From Chloroflexota bacterium (GTDB taxonomy: Bacteria > Chloroflexota > Limnocylindria > Limnocylindrales > CSP1-4), in NCBI GenBank assembly GCA_041691215.1, contig JBEPVB010000003.1:1-44972 (forward strand): 44,972 bases of DNA, read 5' to 3'. A program made the translations under genes and the position numbers. Shown piece after piece: positions 9,382 through 19,256 of this stretch; within the stretch, counting starts at the first letter, position 1; the number at the start of each line of letters is the position of its first letter. Under the pieces are notes generated by a model, which worked only from the letters and a program-made list of their open reading frames with translations, was not told the DNA's origin and did no database searches.

Positions 9382-10161
9382 ATGACGACGAGAACGGCGG
9401 TCCAGGATCCGGTGGGGGCGATCGCGCTCCTCGACGAGCCGAGGCGTCGACAGCTCTATGAATTCGTCCTGGGAAGCCGTGAGCCCGTCGGTCGCGACGA
9501 GTCGGCGGCGGCATCGGGCATGAGCCGCGAACTCGTCGCCTTCCATCTCGACCGACTCGTCGCGGGCGGTCTGTTGGAGACGGAGTACAGGCGCCTCGGC
9601 GGTCGGCGTGGGCCAGGGGCCGGGCGGCCGGCCAAGCTTTATCGTCGAACGGATCACGACGTGGCGGTCACGTTCCCAACCCGCGACTACGAACGAGCAG
9701 CAGACCTGCTTGCCGGCGCGCTCGAGGGATTGGACCGTGACACAAGCAGATTGGGGAGTACTGCGGTGGGCGATGTCGCCCATGCCCGCGGCGAGGCCGC
9801 AGGGGTCGAGGTACACCGAAACGCCGGGCGCAGCCCAAGTCGTCGTCGTCTGCGGGCAGCGCTCCTGGATCTGCTATGGCGCGCTGGATATGAGCCGGAG
9901 GTCGCGCCCGACACCGGCGGCATCTGTCTTCGCAACTGCCCGTACCACGCGCTGGTGGTGAACCACCGTGACCTGGCCTGCGGGATGAACGTCGCGTGGG
10001 CGAAAGGCCTGCTGGAGGGTCTTGGCGGCGCGCACCTCGAAGCGCAACTCGCCCCGCCCGATGGCCATTGCTGTGTCGTGTTCAGTGATATGGCGCCCGA
10101 CTCCGTGATCACGAAGCGGTCGCAGGACGCTCCTGCGAGGCTGAAGGACAAGACAGGATGA
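9382..10161 (+). CDS. wHTH regulator with C-terminal Cys motif (COG2345/SufR-like)
   Basis: AFHLDRLVAGGLL, GAGRPAKLY, NCPYHAL...ACGMN...CCV. Confidence 0.88.
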   Translation: MTTRTAVQDPVGAIALLDEPRRRQLYEFVLGSREPVGRDESAAASGMSRELVAFHLDRLVAGGLLETEYRRLGGRRGPGAGRPAKLYRRTDHDVAVTFPTRDYERAADLLAGALEGLDRDTSRLGSTAVGDVAHARGEAAGVEVHRNAGRSPSRRRLRAALLDLLWRAGYEPEVAPDTGGICLRNCPYHALVVNHRDLACGMNVAWAKGLLEGLGGAHLEAQLAPPDGHCCVVFSDMAPDSVITKRSQDAPARLKDKTG

Positions 10162-10168
10162 CCATGCG

Positions 10169-10384
10169 ATGTGCTTGAACTGCGGCTGCACGCGCGCTCA
10201 CGACGACATGGGCAAGCCCGACGTCAACCTCACGTACGAGGTGGTCAAGCGGGCCGCCGATGCCAACGACATGACCGTCGAGGCAACGCTGGCCATGATC
10301 ACCCGGACTGCCGACAAGGACCGTGCAGACCATCCCGCCGAGTACGGCGCCGACCAATCAGATCCAGCCCATCGCAGCGGCTAG
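10169..10384 (+). CDS. Small CxxCxC-motif protein
   Basis: MCLNCGCTRAHDDMGKPD; GC3-biased codons; paralog at 5726. Confidence 0.75.
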   Translation: MCLNCGCTRAHDDMGKPDVNLTYEVVKRAADANDMTVEATLAMITRTADKDRADHPAEYGADQSDPAHRSG

Positions 10385-10407
10385 GCGAAGCCGGTTCTGG
10401 CTCGCCT

Positions 10408-10522
10408 ACGGCGAATTCCTATCTGCTGACCCGGCGCATCGAGCGCGCGATGGCGCTGCTATGTCGTGGCGATCTCAGCGTCACCGAGGTCTGCTTCGCG
10501 GTCGGCTGCTCGTCGCCGGGTA
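10408..10522 (+). pseudogene. AraC HTH fragment
   Basis: SYLLTRRIERAMALLCRGDLSVTEVCFAVGCSSPG with no N-terminal domain or plausible start. Confidence 0.7.
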
Positions 10523-11110
10523 ACCCGGACGCCTCACGCGTCAACAACCTGTCGGGCGCGCCGTGCCCTCCCTCAAGGCCAGCCAACAGCTTGGGCATCG
10601 GGGGCCTGTTAGCCTCTGCGGTCTGTGCCTCCGAAGGGCCTACGTGTTGCCACGCCGATTTCAGAGCCGGGCCGGCGCGAGCAACGTCTAGAATCCACCC
10701 GGGCACGAGTGGCGAGCGCATTTGGTGACCGACGCGGCCGGTTCCGACCAGGGGGCCGGCTGGGGCGTCGCACCAACCGCGGACGTGTGACCGCCCAACA
10801 AGCGAGGGCGGTCCGTCCTGCTGTCCCTGGATCCCCACGACGAGTACAGCGCCGGCCACGAAGAAGAACTCCTCGCGCTCCTTCGAGATGTCGACATCTT
10901 CGTCCCCAGCCGGAAGGAGGCGCGGCCAAGTGACCCCCGTACTACCGTCCTGTGGCCGCGAACGAGAGCGACTGCGACCCTACCCATGTGCGGCGGCCCC
11001 TCGTTGCGCACGGCCCGGGTTGGGCTTCTCATCCCGGACCCGAGCCATCCATGGGTGCCCCCAGCACGCATGCCAATGCGTCCGACCCCAGACAGGTACG
11101 GAGCCAACTC

Positions 11111-12598
11111 ATGCCCTTGCGCCCGCGCATGCCATTCCGCCAGTCCGTCGGGCGAACCGTCGGCGCCGCCCTGTTCACGGCATCCCTGCTGCTGACATCG
11201 ATGCCCCCGCCGTCCCTCGCCCTCGATCCGCCGCGTCCCCTCCCCGGCTACGAGCCGGCCTTTGTGACCGAGCGCCAATCGGGACCCTGGGTCGACTGTG
11301 CCTGGGCGGCCGCATCGATGCTCATCGACAAGTGGACGAACGGCGCCACTACGGTCGATCGGGAGCGGCTCCGGATCCTTGCGCGCGACCCCCTCGGGGG
11401 CTCCAATTTCGCGGACCTGCAGCGGGCGTTCGCCCGCCTCGGCTTGCCATTCAGCTGGTCGCCGGCGGGCGGCGATCGGATCACCTGGCCCAAGCTGATC
11501 GACCGTCTGACCCATGGAAGCGGGGCGATCCTGTTCGGCGACGACGGCAAGCTGCCACGCCGGTATGGACGTTGGGACCCGTCGTTCTGGCGGAACACGG
11601 GCGTCCTCGACGACCACGCCCTGTACCTCGACGCCTACGACCGGAAGACCAGGCGGATCCTCGTCATGGATCCACTCGCGCCGGCCGGCTGGCGGGGCGA
11701 GTGGATCCCCGTGTCGGCGCTCAAGAGGTTCGCCTGGCACGCCGGGGCGGTCCTCTGGGCCGCGACAACGCCGACGGCCGCTAACGCCCCGTTCAACGGC
11801 GTCCAGCTCGGCGAACCCGGCGCCAGCGCCGACGCGACAGTCGTGCACCTCCGCTGGCCCGTGGAGGGAGCGCCGGCGGGCTGGAACGCACCCGCCTTCA
11901 GCGCCACGACTCAGATCGAGCCGTTGGCCGGCCCCGATCCGCTCGCAATCGACATCGCCGCGATGCCGATCGACCCCGCTGCCCCGCCGGTGCTGAGGAC
12001 CCAGACCGGGGGCGATGCAACCGGCCTCGAGGCCGCGATCCCGTTGCCGGCGACGCCGGGCATCTACCGATTAACGGTTGCTCTGACGGAGCATCGCTTC
12101 GGCAAGGTCGTCGCGACTGGCGGCCCCTACAACCTGTACGTGCCCGGACCTCGAGCTTGGGGCCTGGGCCTGCCGGATCCGCAGGAGGTCGTCTCCGGGG
12201 AGCAGGTCAGGCTCACTTTCGGCGTCACGAATGTCGGGGTCGAATCGTGGGCGCCGCCCTCGAATCAACCGGGCTCAGCCGAGGCCGGCGAGCCACCCCG
12301 CAATACGAGGCTCGTCGGTACATGGGTCGGTCCGGGCATCCAGGACCCGGATCGCCGCGGTACCGACACGCTCCCCGACGTCGACTTCGGATCCTTGGAG
12401 CTGGACTCGGGCGCCAGCCAGCTCATCGACCAGCTGGTCCGAGTGCCGACCGAGCTCGGCGAGTGGCACCTCGTGGTTCGGCTCGTCGAGAATCACGTCG
12501 GACCGAATCCCTTCCTCGGATCGGCCCCCGGCGACATGACCATCGACATCCTCGACCAGGCCGACGGCGCGCCACCGGCAGGGGCTGTCGCGCCTTAG
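11111..12598 (+). CDS. Secreted papain-fold (C39-like) peptidase with C-terminal Ig-like domains
   Basis: Signal peptide; WVDCAWAA (Cys), DHALYL (His), VMDP (Asp); VRLTFGVTNVGVESW Ig-like strand; start uncertain. Confidence 0.65.
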   Translation: MPLRPRMPFRQSVGRTVGAALFTASLLLTSMPPPSLALDPPRPLPGYEPAFVTERQSGPWVDCAWAAASMLIDKWTNGATTVDRERLRILARDPLGGSNFADLQRAFARLGLPFSWSPAGGDRITWPKLIDRLTHGSGAILFGDDGKLPRRYGRWDPSFWRNTGVLDDHALYLDAYDRKTRRILVMDPLAPAGWRGEWIPVSALKRFAWHAGAVLWAATTPTAANAPFNGVQLGEPGASADATVVHLRWPVEGAPAGWNAPAFSATTQIEPLAGPDPLAIDIAAMPIDPAAPPVLRTQTGGDATGLEAAIPLPATPGIYRLTVALTEHRFGKVVATGGPYNLYVPGPRAWGLGLPDPQEVVSGEQVRLTFGVTNVGVESWAPPSNQPGSAEAGEPPRNTRLVGTWVGPGIQDPDRRGTDTLPDVDFGSLELDSGASQLIDQLVRVPTELGEWHLVVRLVENHVGPNPFLGSAPGDMTIDILDQADGAPPAGAVAP

Positions 12599-12783
12599 GC
12601 AGCCCTCATGGCAAGGCCCGAGCTCGTAACCTCCCCTCGCCGCGCTCGGGACAGATCCGGGACCGCGCGATGGCTCCGTCGCGACAACAAATCATGGCCC
12701 GGGGATCCGATGACGCTCGACACGGCCCTCCTGGTCCTGGGCTCGAGCCGGCGGGGCCCTGGTCGCCATTGGGTTCCTGCGAC

Positions 12784-13704
12784 TCAGTCGAGCAGGTACC
12801 GCGCGACCTCGTTCATCAAGGGCTCTCCAGCTGCGAACCGCCGGATCTGGTCGCCGGCGAGGGCGAACGCCCGCTCGGTGGCTGCGGCAGAATCTCCCGC
12901 GACGTGGGGGCTTATCAGGACGTTCGGCAGGGACCACAGAGCGTGATCGGCCGGCAGCGGTTCCGGGTCGGTGACGTCGAGAACAGCCTGCAGCCGGCCT
13001 GACCGCAGCTCCGCGAGCAGGGCCGCCGCGTCGACCGTGCGGCCGCGACCGCCGTTGATGAGCAGCGCTCCATCGGGCAGCAGCCCGAGCCGCCGCTCGT
13101 CGATGTAGCCGTCGGTCTCGCTCGTGAGCGGCAGCAGGTTCACCACGACGTCGGCAGTGGCCAGGGCGTCGTCCGCGCCGGCGGACCCGAGGACGCCCGC
13201 CCGCGGCGTCCGAGCAACAGCGACGATCTCGACGTCGAAGGGCGTGAGCCGGCGCGCGACCGCCGCCCCGATCGAGCCGAAGCCCAGGATCACGATCCGA
13301 CGGCCAGCCAGCTCGCCTGGTTCGAACGTTGTCCACGTCCCGGCGGCTTGGGCATCGCGAGCCGTGATGAGCCCCCGTTGGACGGCGAGGATCGCCCCGA
13401 CGACCCATTCGGCCAGCGGGCCGTCGTGGACGCCGCGGGCATTGCAGACCACGATGTCGGCCGGTACCCGGCCGATGAGCCAGTCGACCCCGGCGCTCAG
13501 GGTCTGGATGACCCGGAGTGTGCCCGGTGCCGAGAGCGCGTCGAGGAGCAGCCCTCGGACCCGCACGCTCGGAACGATGAGATCCATGCTCGCGAAGTCG
13601 GGCAGCGCAGCCGACCTCCGCGGGATGAGCACCACCTCCACGCCAGGCGGGAGGTCACCCACGAACCGACGCTCGGGGACATCGGGCAGGCCGACCACCG
13701 TCAT
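12784..13704 (-). CDS. D-2-hydroxyacid dehydrogenase family
   Basis: ILGFGSIG, LINGGRG, LDVTDPEPLP, SPHVAG. Confidence 0.92.
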   Translation of the reverse strand: MTVVGLPDVPERRFVGDLPPGVEVVLIPRRSAALPDFASMDLIVPSVRVRGLLLDALSAPGTLRVIQTLSAGVDWLIGRVPADIVVCNARGVHDGPLAEWVVGAILAVQRGLITARDAQAAGTWTTFEPGELAGRRIVILGFGSIGAAVARRLTPFDVEIVAVARTPRAGVLGSAGADDALATADVVVNLLPLTSETDGYIDERRLGLLPDGALLINGGRGRTVDAAALLAELRSGRLQAVLDVTDPEPLPADHALWSLPNVLISPHVAGDSAAATERAFALAGDQIRRFAAGEPLMNEVARYLLD

Positions 13705-13805
13705 GGCTGCGAGTCTATCCGGCGGATCCGACCCGGGTGACGGCCGCGAGGCCAGCTCACAAGGCCGGCGCACAAAGCCGCTCAAGCCTCGCGGGCCCGT
13801 CTGGG

Positions 13806-14714
13806 CTAGTCGTCGTTCGCCTTGAGGACCCAGTTGTCCCAGTCGTCCATGAGCTTGCTGGCGATCGCGTAGCGCTCCAGGGCCGAGTCCTGGATCTTGA
13901 CCGCCACCCCGTTGAGGAGCGCGTTGGCGACGGCCATCGCGGCCACCAGGGTATTGCTGGGACCGATGCCCGAGACGCGCGTGGGGAGCACAACGTCCAC
14001 CAGCTGGCCCACCGGCGAGATCGGTGAATCCGTGATCCCGATGACCTTGACCCCGCGCTGGCTCGCCCACTGGACCGTCCGGAGCACGGTCAGGGCATAC
14101 GAGGGAAAGGTGAACGCGATCATCACGTCCTCGGGCCCGATATCCACCAGCCGACCGACGCTGTCGCTGTCGGCCCGGACGAGGAACGACTGGCCCCGCG
14201 ATCGATCGAGGGCCAGCCACATGAAATGGGCGACACCGAAGGCCGTCCCTTCGCCCGTCACCAGGACTCGCCGGGCCGAGGTGAGGAGGTCGATCGCCCG
14301 GTCGAGCACGGCGATGTCGAGCAGGGCGATCGTGCGCCGGACGTGGTCGAGATCCTGGCCGAACGAGCGGGCGTAGGCCGTATCGCCAAGATGGGCGAGG
14401 ACATGGCTCTCGTCGACCACCGCCGAGGCCGAGCGCATCTGGGAGCGGACGAGGAGCCGAACCCGCTCCTGGAGGTCCTGGTAGCCGGTAAGGCCAAGTC
14501 GGTAGGTGAAGCGGACGACCGTCGAGGGGCTGACGTTCAAGCGGTTGGCCATCTTGTCGACCGTGGCAAAGGCCACGAACTCGGGATCGTCGACGATCGC
14601 CTCGGCGATCCGCTTCTGGGAGCGGGTCAGCTCGTCGTACTTTCGTCGGACAACCTGGATGACGTCCGGGCTCGGAGCATCAAGACTCTTGTCGAGCTTC
14701 ATAAACCTCACCAC
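13806..14714 (-). CDS. MurR/RpiR-family regulator (HTH + SIS)
   Basis: LTRSQKRIAEAI, VSPSTVVRF...LGLTGYQDLQ, IGITDSPISP. Confidence 0.92.
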   Translation of the reverse strand: MVRFMKLDKSLDAPSPDVIQVVRRKYDELTRSQKRIAEAIVDDPEFVAFATVDKMANRLNVSPSTVVRFTYRLGLTGYQDLQERVRLLVRSQMRSASAVVDESHVLAHLGDTAYARSFGQDLDHVRRTIALLDIAVLDRAIDLLTSARRVLVTGEGTAFGVAHFMWLALDRSRGQSFLVRADSDSVGRLVDIGPEDVMIAFTFPSYALTVLRTVQWASQRGVKVIGITDSPISPVGQLVDVVLPTRVSGIGPSNTLVAAMAVANALLNGVAVKIQDSALERYAIASKLMDDWDNWVLKANDD

Positions 14715-14809
14715 GCATCATGCATTCCCGGCCGCGCGTCGCGGGCTGGCTAGAGGCGGGACCACGCATTGCCGGCATCCCGCGTTGCTCCAGTCGAAAA
14801 GGGGCGCGT

Positions 14810-15022
14810 CTAAGCGGATCCGCGGAGGGCGAGGGTGAGGTGCCAGGCCGCCACGGCGAGGACCCCCACGAACAGGACGACCCCGACGGCAGCGGCCCCG
14901 AGGCCGGCCCCGATGAGGAGCCAGCCGAGCACGAGGACCATGATCGGGCCGACGAAGAGCTCCCAGGCATCGCCGACCAGGAAGTCGTAGAGAAAGCGGT
15001 AGAACTGGCCGACGTACTTCAT
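14810..15022 (-). CDS. Small 2-TM membrane protein
   Basis: FLYDFLVGDAWEL then two hydrophobic helices; ATGA overlap with the COG4280 gene. Confidence 0.8.
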   Translation of the reverse strand: MKYVGQFYRFLYDFLVGDAWELFVGPIMVLVLGWLLIGAGLGAAAVGVVLFVGVLAVAAWHLTLALRGSA

Positions 15023-15807
15023 TCGGCCGACCCCGCCGCGCCCTGCGCCGCGACGCCACCGGGAGCCCGTTCGCGCCGCACCCTGACGGCCCGGCGAGCC
15101 AGCCACACGGCCGCCCCACCGGCGATCGCGTAGGCCACGATCAGCATGAAGAGGGTAAGGTCGTTGGCCGGCCACTCGATGCCGATCCCCTCCCCGGCCC
15201 AGAAGGTGCCGAAGGTGATGAGCATGAGGCCGACGGCGAACTTCAGGCCGTTTTCGGGGACCCGGCTCAGGGGCCGGTGGACAAAGAGGCCGACGACCAT
15301 CACCAGGAGCACGGCCAGGACGGCCCCGAGGGCCGCTGCCCCGATCTTGCCGGAGTTCGCCCCGAAGGTGATGACGATGAAGGCAACCTCGAGGCCCTCG
15401 AGGAGGACGCCCTTGAATGAGACGGCGAACGAGATCCCGTCGATGCCAGTCGCCGGGACCGGGGCTTCCTCGCGGAGGCGCTTGACCTCCTTGGCGTAGA
15501 TGAGCTCCTCATCGTGCTTGGCCTTGGCGCCCGAGGCACGGAGGATGGCCTTGGTCGTCCATTGGAGGCCGTAGATCAGGAGGAGGCCGCCGATCACGAT
15601 GCGCAGGGCATTGAGTGGAATGAAGAGGACGATCGCGGTCCCGAAGACGGCGATCACCCCGGTCAGGACGATGAGTCCGGTGAACGCCCCGTACAGGGAC
15701 GATCGCCACTGCCGGGTCACGCCGACGGCCAGGATGATGGTCAGCGCCTCGACCGCCTCGACGAGGGAGGCCAGGAACGCCGGCAGCGCGGCCACGAGCA
15801 GATCCAT
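15019..15807 (-). CDS. COG4280-like membrane protein (FTR1-related putative metal permease)
   Basis: ASLVEAVEALTIILAVG and VLLEGLEVAFIV ExxE motifs; GTFWAGEG. Confidence 0.85.
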   Translation of the reverse strand: MDLLVAALPAFLASLVEAVEALTIILAVGVTRQWRSSLYGAFTGLIVLTGVIAVFGTAIVLFIPLNALRIVIGGLLLIYGLQWTTKAILRASGAKAKHDEELIYAKEVKRLREEAPVPATGIDGISFAVSFKGVLLEGLEVAFIVITFGANSGKIGAAALGAVLAVLLVMVVGLFVHRPLSRVPENGLKFAVGLMLITFGTFWAGEGIGIEWPANDLTLFMLIVAYAIAGGAAVWLARRAVRVRRERAPGGVAAQGAAGSAE

Positions 15808-15964
15808 GGCGTCCTCGTGCGGAGTCGACTTGGGCGGCCTGCGCCGCCTGCCGAGTATCGCCGATGACGGCCTGCGGAGCAAGCCCGGATGAAATTGGCA
15901 ACGTTTCTTGCGAAGAACGGCGCTGATGGCACGGCGCCACGCCTGCTTCGGCGAGGTCGGGCAG

Positions 15965-15991
15965 TGCAACGAACCTTCTGGCTGGCGCGTA
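15965..15991 (+). promoter_or_regulatory. Putative ECF sigma autoregulated promoter
   Basis: TGCAAC-N17-CGTA immediately upstream of the ECF gene. Confidence 0.55.
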
Positions 15992-15998
15992 GGTTGAG

Positions 15999-16622
15999 GT
16001 GATGGAAGCCAGCCTTCGCGACCACGCGATCGATCAGGCCTACCGCGAGCACGCCGCCGAGGTGTATCGCGTCGCCTTCGGCGTCCTCCGTGATCCGGAC
16101 GAGGCCATCGATGCAACGCATGACGCCTTCGCCCGGGCGTGGGAGCGCTGGGACCAGTACGACAGCAACAAGCCCCTCCGAGCCTGGCTCCACGGGATCG
16201 TCGTCCACCTGGCCCTCGATCGGCTCCGCCGCCAACGGGTCCGGCGGCTGGCCCTGCCGGCCCTCGGGAACGCCGCCGTCAACGAGATCAATGCCGGCCG
16301 CGGCCGGGACCTCGCGGCCGACGTCGTGAGCCGGGACGTGGTTGCCGAGGCCCTTGCCTCGCTGCCCGGACCGGTCCGGGCCGTGCTCGTCCTGCGCCAT
16401 TACTACGGCTACGACTACCGCGAGATCGGGGCGTTCCTCGGGATGCGCAGCGGGACCGTCGGCTCGACCTTGTCGCGTGCCCATGCCGACCTCCGGCGCA
16501 GGCTGGTCGGTCGCGAGGAAGGGGCCGGCGCCCCCGCACCGGGAACCACCCATCGCCCGCCGGGCATGGCCCAGGCGAAGCCCGCCGATCTCAACTCCGA
16601 GCCTCCCGAGGTGATCCGATGA
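15999..16622 (+). CDS. ECF sigma-70 factor
   Basis: Region 2 DEAIDATHDAFARAW..RAWLHGI; region 4 GYDYREIGAFLGMRSGTVGSTLSRA. Confidence 0.92.
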   Translation: MMEASLRDHAIDQAYREHAAEVYRVAFGVLRDPDEAIDATHDAFARAWERWDQYDSNKPLRAWLHGIVVHLALDRLRRQRVRRLALPALGNAAVNEINAGRGRDLAADVVSRDVVAEALASLPGPVRAVLVLRHYYGYDYREIGAFLGMRSGTVGSTLSRAHADLRRRLVGREEGAGAPAPGTTHRPPGMAQAKPADLNSEPPEVIR

Positions 16623-18409
16623 CCCACCACGACGACCACATCAGCGAACCGGGCCGCGACCCGTCACCGGGCGGCCAGCGCCTCGACGACGCGGACATCG
16701 GCCGAATCGTCCGGGACGTCGCCGACGGCTGGACGATGCCGGCGGTGCGCCTCGATCAGCCGGGCTGGCGGGATCGCGTCCGGAGCCCGCGCGTCCGTCG
16801 GGCCGCGGCGATCCGCGGCTGGACCGGACGGCTCGGCCAGGCGGCGGGGGCCGCCCTTGCCCTCACCGTTGGCGCCGCCCTCCTGGGGGTCTGGCTGACC
16901 CGGCCGCCAGGCCCGGCCGGCCAGACGGCCGTCCCGAGCCGGAACGGTTCGGCAAACACGACCCCGCGCCCGCGCTCGTCGCAGCCGCTGCCGAGCCAGC
17001 TGCCGAAGCTCTTCGTGGACGGCGAGGTTCCTTCGCCCTCGCAACTCGTCGTCAGCGTCGAGTCGGACTACGCGATCGTCGACCTGGCCAAGGGCACGAT
17101 CGGCAAGACGATCGCCTCCGGCCAGTGGGGTACCGACCTCCGTCGATCGCCCGACGGGTCGCTGTACTGCATCTGCCTCAGCGGCGACCGCTACGCGTCA
17201 GGCTCGTTCACCCACTTCAAGGTCGCCTGGAACAGCTATGACGCGACCGGCGCCGTGACCGCCTCGACCCAGATCGGTGACTACACCGGCGGACCCGACC
17301 CGAGGGATGCGGCGAGCCAGGACCTGGCCCAGCACGTGGCCGTCCACGTGACATACGCCTCCGATCCGCGGCTGGCTTTCGTCGGCTGGACCGTCCACTC
17401 GAATCCGGTCTGGAAGAGCGGCTTCGTCGTCGTCGACGTCAGGGACGGTTCGATCCTCCAGCGGATCGACCTGCCCGACAAGGCCGACGGAACGGCGGAC
17501 TCGCGAACCGGCGTCGACGCCCCGCGCGTGGTCGGGGCCATCGGCGGGGCGCGCCTCGCGGTGGCCCGGCCCTGGTACAGCTGGTCGCCACCGGTCAGCT
17601 CGAATCCGACCATGGTCTTCGGTGCCGACGCCTATTCGGCCGCCCTCGTTGGCAATCACATCGCGGCCGTTGATCCTCTGCCGGCAGCGCTCGGCTGCGG
17701 TGACGCCGTGACGGCCGCCGGCACCCTGCCCGGCTCGGGCTTCTGGCTGGGCTGCGTCGCCAATTCGTATCGCCAGGCGATCATTCGTCGCGTGGCCGGC
17801 GATGGCCACGTGATCGGCAACACGGTGGTCCAGGCCGCCGGCGACCTCGGCGGTGACGCGAGCTCGACGTCGGCCGTGAGCCCCGACGGCAGGGCCGTCT
17901 TCCTCTGGGATCCGACGGCCGATGTCCTGACCCGCGTCGACCTCGCCACCGGCGACACCTCGACCGGGACCGGGCAGACCACGGCCGATCTCGGCGGTCC
18001 CCTCAGTGCCCTCGGCCGGTGGCTGACGCCGACGGCGGAGGCCAAGGTCCTGCTGTCCTCGGGCATCGCAATATCACCCGATGGATCTCGGGTCTATGCC
18101 CTGGGAATCTCGCTCGATGGCGTCGCCGGGGCCGATACCTCGGGCTCGGCCGGGGTCTTCGTCTTCGATACATCGACCATGGTCCAGGTCGCCCACTGGA
18201 ACCCGACGGCGGACTTCGTGTCGCTCGCGGTGAGCAGGGACGGCGGAATCGTCTACGCGGCCGGCAGCCCCCAGTTCAACGCCAACGGCACGTCCACGAC
18301 CCAGGCCGCCTCGATCACCGCCTTCGATGCCAGCAGCGGCTCGATCCGCCTGATCGCGGGCCAGCTCGGGAGCGGGTTCCTGCTCTTCCCGTCGACGATC
18401 GTGCGCTGA
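16619..18409 (+). CDS. Probable anti-sigma factor, single TM plus extracytoplasmic beta-propeller
   Basis: ATGA overlap with sigma; one TM; repeated AVSPDG/AISPDG/AVSRDG blades. Confidence 0.7.
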   Translation: MTHHDDHISEPGRDPSPGGQRLDDADIGRIVRDVADGWTMPAVRLDQPGWRDRVRSPRVRRAAAIRGWTGRLGQAAGAALALTVGAALLGVWLTRPPGPAGQTAVPSRNGSANTTPRPRSSQPLPSQLPKLFVDGEVPSPSQLVVSVESDYAIVDLAKGTIGKTIASGQWGTDLRRSPDGSLYCICLSGDRYASGSFTHFKVAWNSYDATGAVTASTQIGDYTGGPDPRDAASQDLAQHVAVHVTYASDPRLAFVGWTVHSNPVWKSGFVVVDVRDGSILQRIDLPDKADGTADSRTGVDAPRVVGAIGGARLAVARPWYSWSPPVSSNPTMVFGADAYSAALVGNHIAAVDPLPAALGCGDAVTAAGTLPGSGFWLGCVANSYRQAIIRRVAGDGHVIGNTVVQAAGDLGGDASSTSAVSPDGRAVFLWDPTADVLTRVDLATGDTSTGTGQTTADLGGPLSALGRWLTPTAEAKVLLSSGIAISPDGSRVYALGISLDGVAGADTSGSAGVFVFDTSTMVQVAHWNPTADFVSLAVSRDGGIVYAAGSPQFNANGTSTTQAASITAFDASSGSIRLIAGQLGSGFLLFPSTIVR

Positions 18410-18436
18410 CCCGGAGGACGGCGGTGGCCGCGCGCC

Positions 18437-19138
18437 CTACCCGCGGGGCTGGCGGCCAACCTGGCGGCCGAGGGCGCGCTCCATCCGCCGATCCGGGATG
18501 AACCAGGCCGCGGCGATGCCGATGTAGAGCGCAAGGGCCGCCAATGGCGCGACGAGGGCGATGGGAATCGCGACGAGATACACCGCGATCGAGAGCTTTC
18601 CCTTGAGATCGCTGCCGATCGCGGCGGCGATCGTTTCGGGTTGTCCGGGCGTCGCGATAAGCGTCCGGAGCAGGATGAAATAGGCGACGGCCGCGAGGAG
18701 GAGCGACAGCCCGTACACGGCCGTCGGGATCGGGGCGAAGCTGTTCTCCCCCATCCACGCCGTCCCGAACGGGAAGAGCGAGAGCCAAAACAGGAGGTTG
18801 AGGTTCGCCCACAGGACCCGGCCATCGACCACCTTCGCCGCCTGGATCATGTGGTGGTGGTTGCTCCAGTAGATGCCCAGGCTGATGAAGCTGAGGACGT
18901 AGCTCAGGAAGACCGGCCAGAGCTCTGCCAGGCCCGCGAGGGTTGCGCCCTGGGGAACCTTGAGCTCCAGGACCATGATCGTGATGAGGATGGCGACAAC
19001 GCCGTCGCTGAAGGCCTCGAGCCGACCCTTGCTCAAGCCGGGCGCTCCGCGACGACGCCCGTCTCGGTCTGCATTGGCGGATTGTCGGGGCCGCCCCGGG
19101 CAGGCGCAACCGCGGTGGCCCTGGGCAGGGTCGGACAT
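18437..19138 (-). CDS. TMEM175-family K+ channel
   Basis: GRLEAFSDGVVAILITIMVLEL signature, YWSNHH; true start may be near 19036. Confidence 0.92.
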   Translation of the reverse strand: MSDPAQGHRGCACPGRPRQSANADRDGRRRGAPGLSKGRLEAFSDGVVAILITIMVLELKVPQGATLAGLAELWPVFLSYVLSFISLGIYWSNHHHMIQAAKVVDGRVLWANLNLLFWLSLFPFGTAWMGENSFAPIPTAVYGLSLLLAAVAYFILLRTLIATPGQPETIAAAIGSDLKGKLSIAVYLVAIPIALVAPLAALALYIGIAAAWFIPDRRMERALGRQVGRQPRG

Positions 19139-19256
19139 GGTGTCCCACGCCGCGACCCGGTGATCTCATCACGCGCAACAGTTGCGTGCGGCGTGGCGCG
19201 CCAGGCCCCACCATTCGCTCGCGCCGGCGGACGACCGGCGCCCTATCCGAGGCTCG

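Noticed and set aside
15808-15960. Metal-sensing riboswitch (yybP-ykoY or NiCo) upstream of COG4280
   Set aside because: Consensus elements not found beyond a short AGCAGGC word
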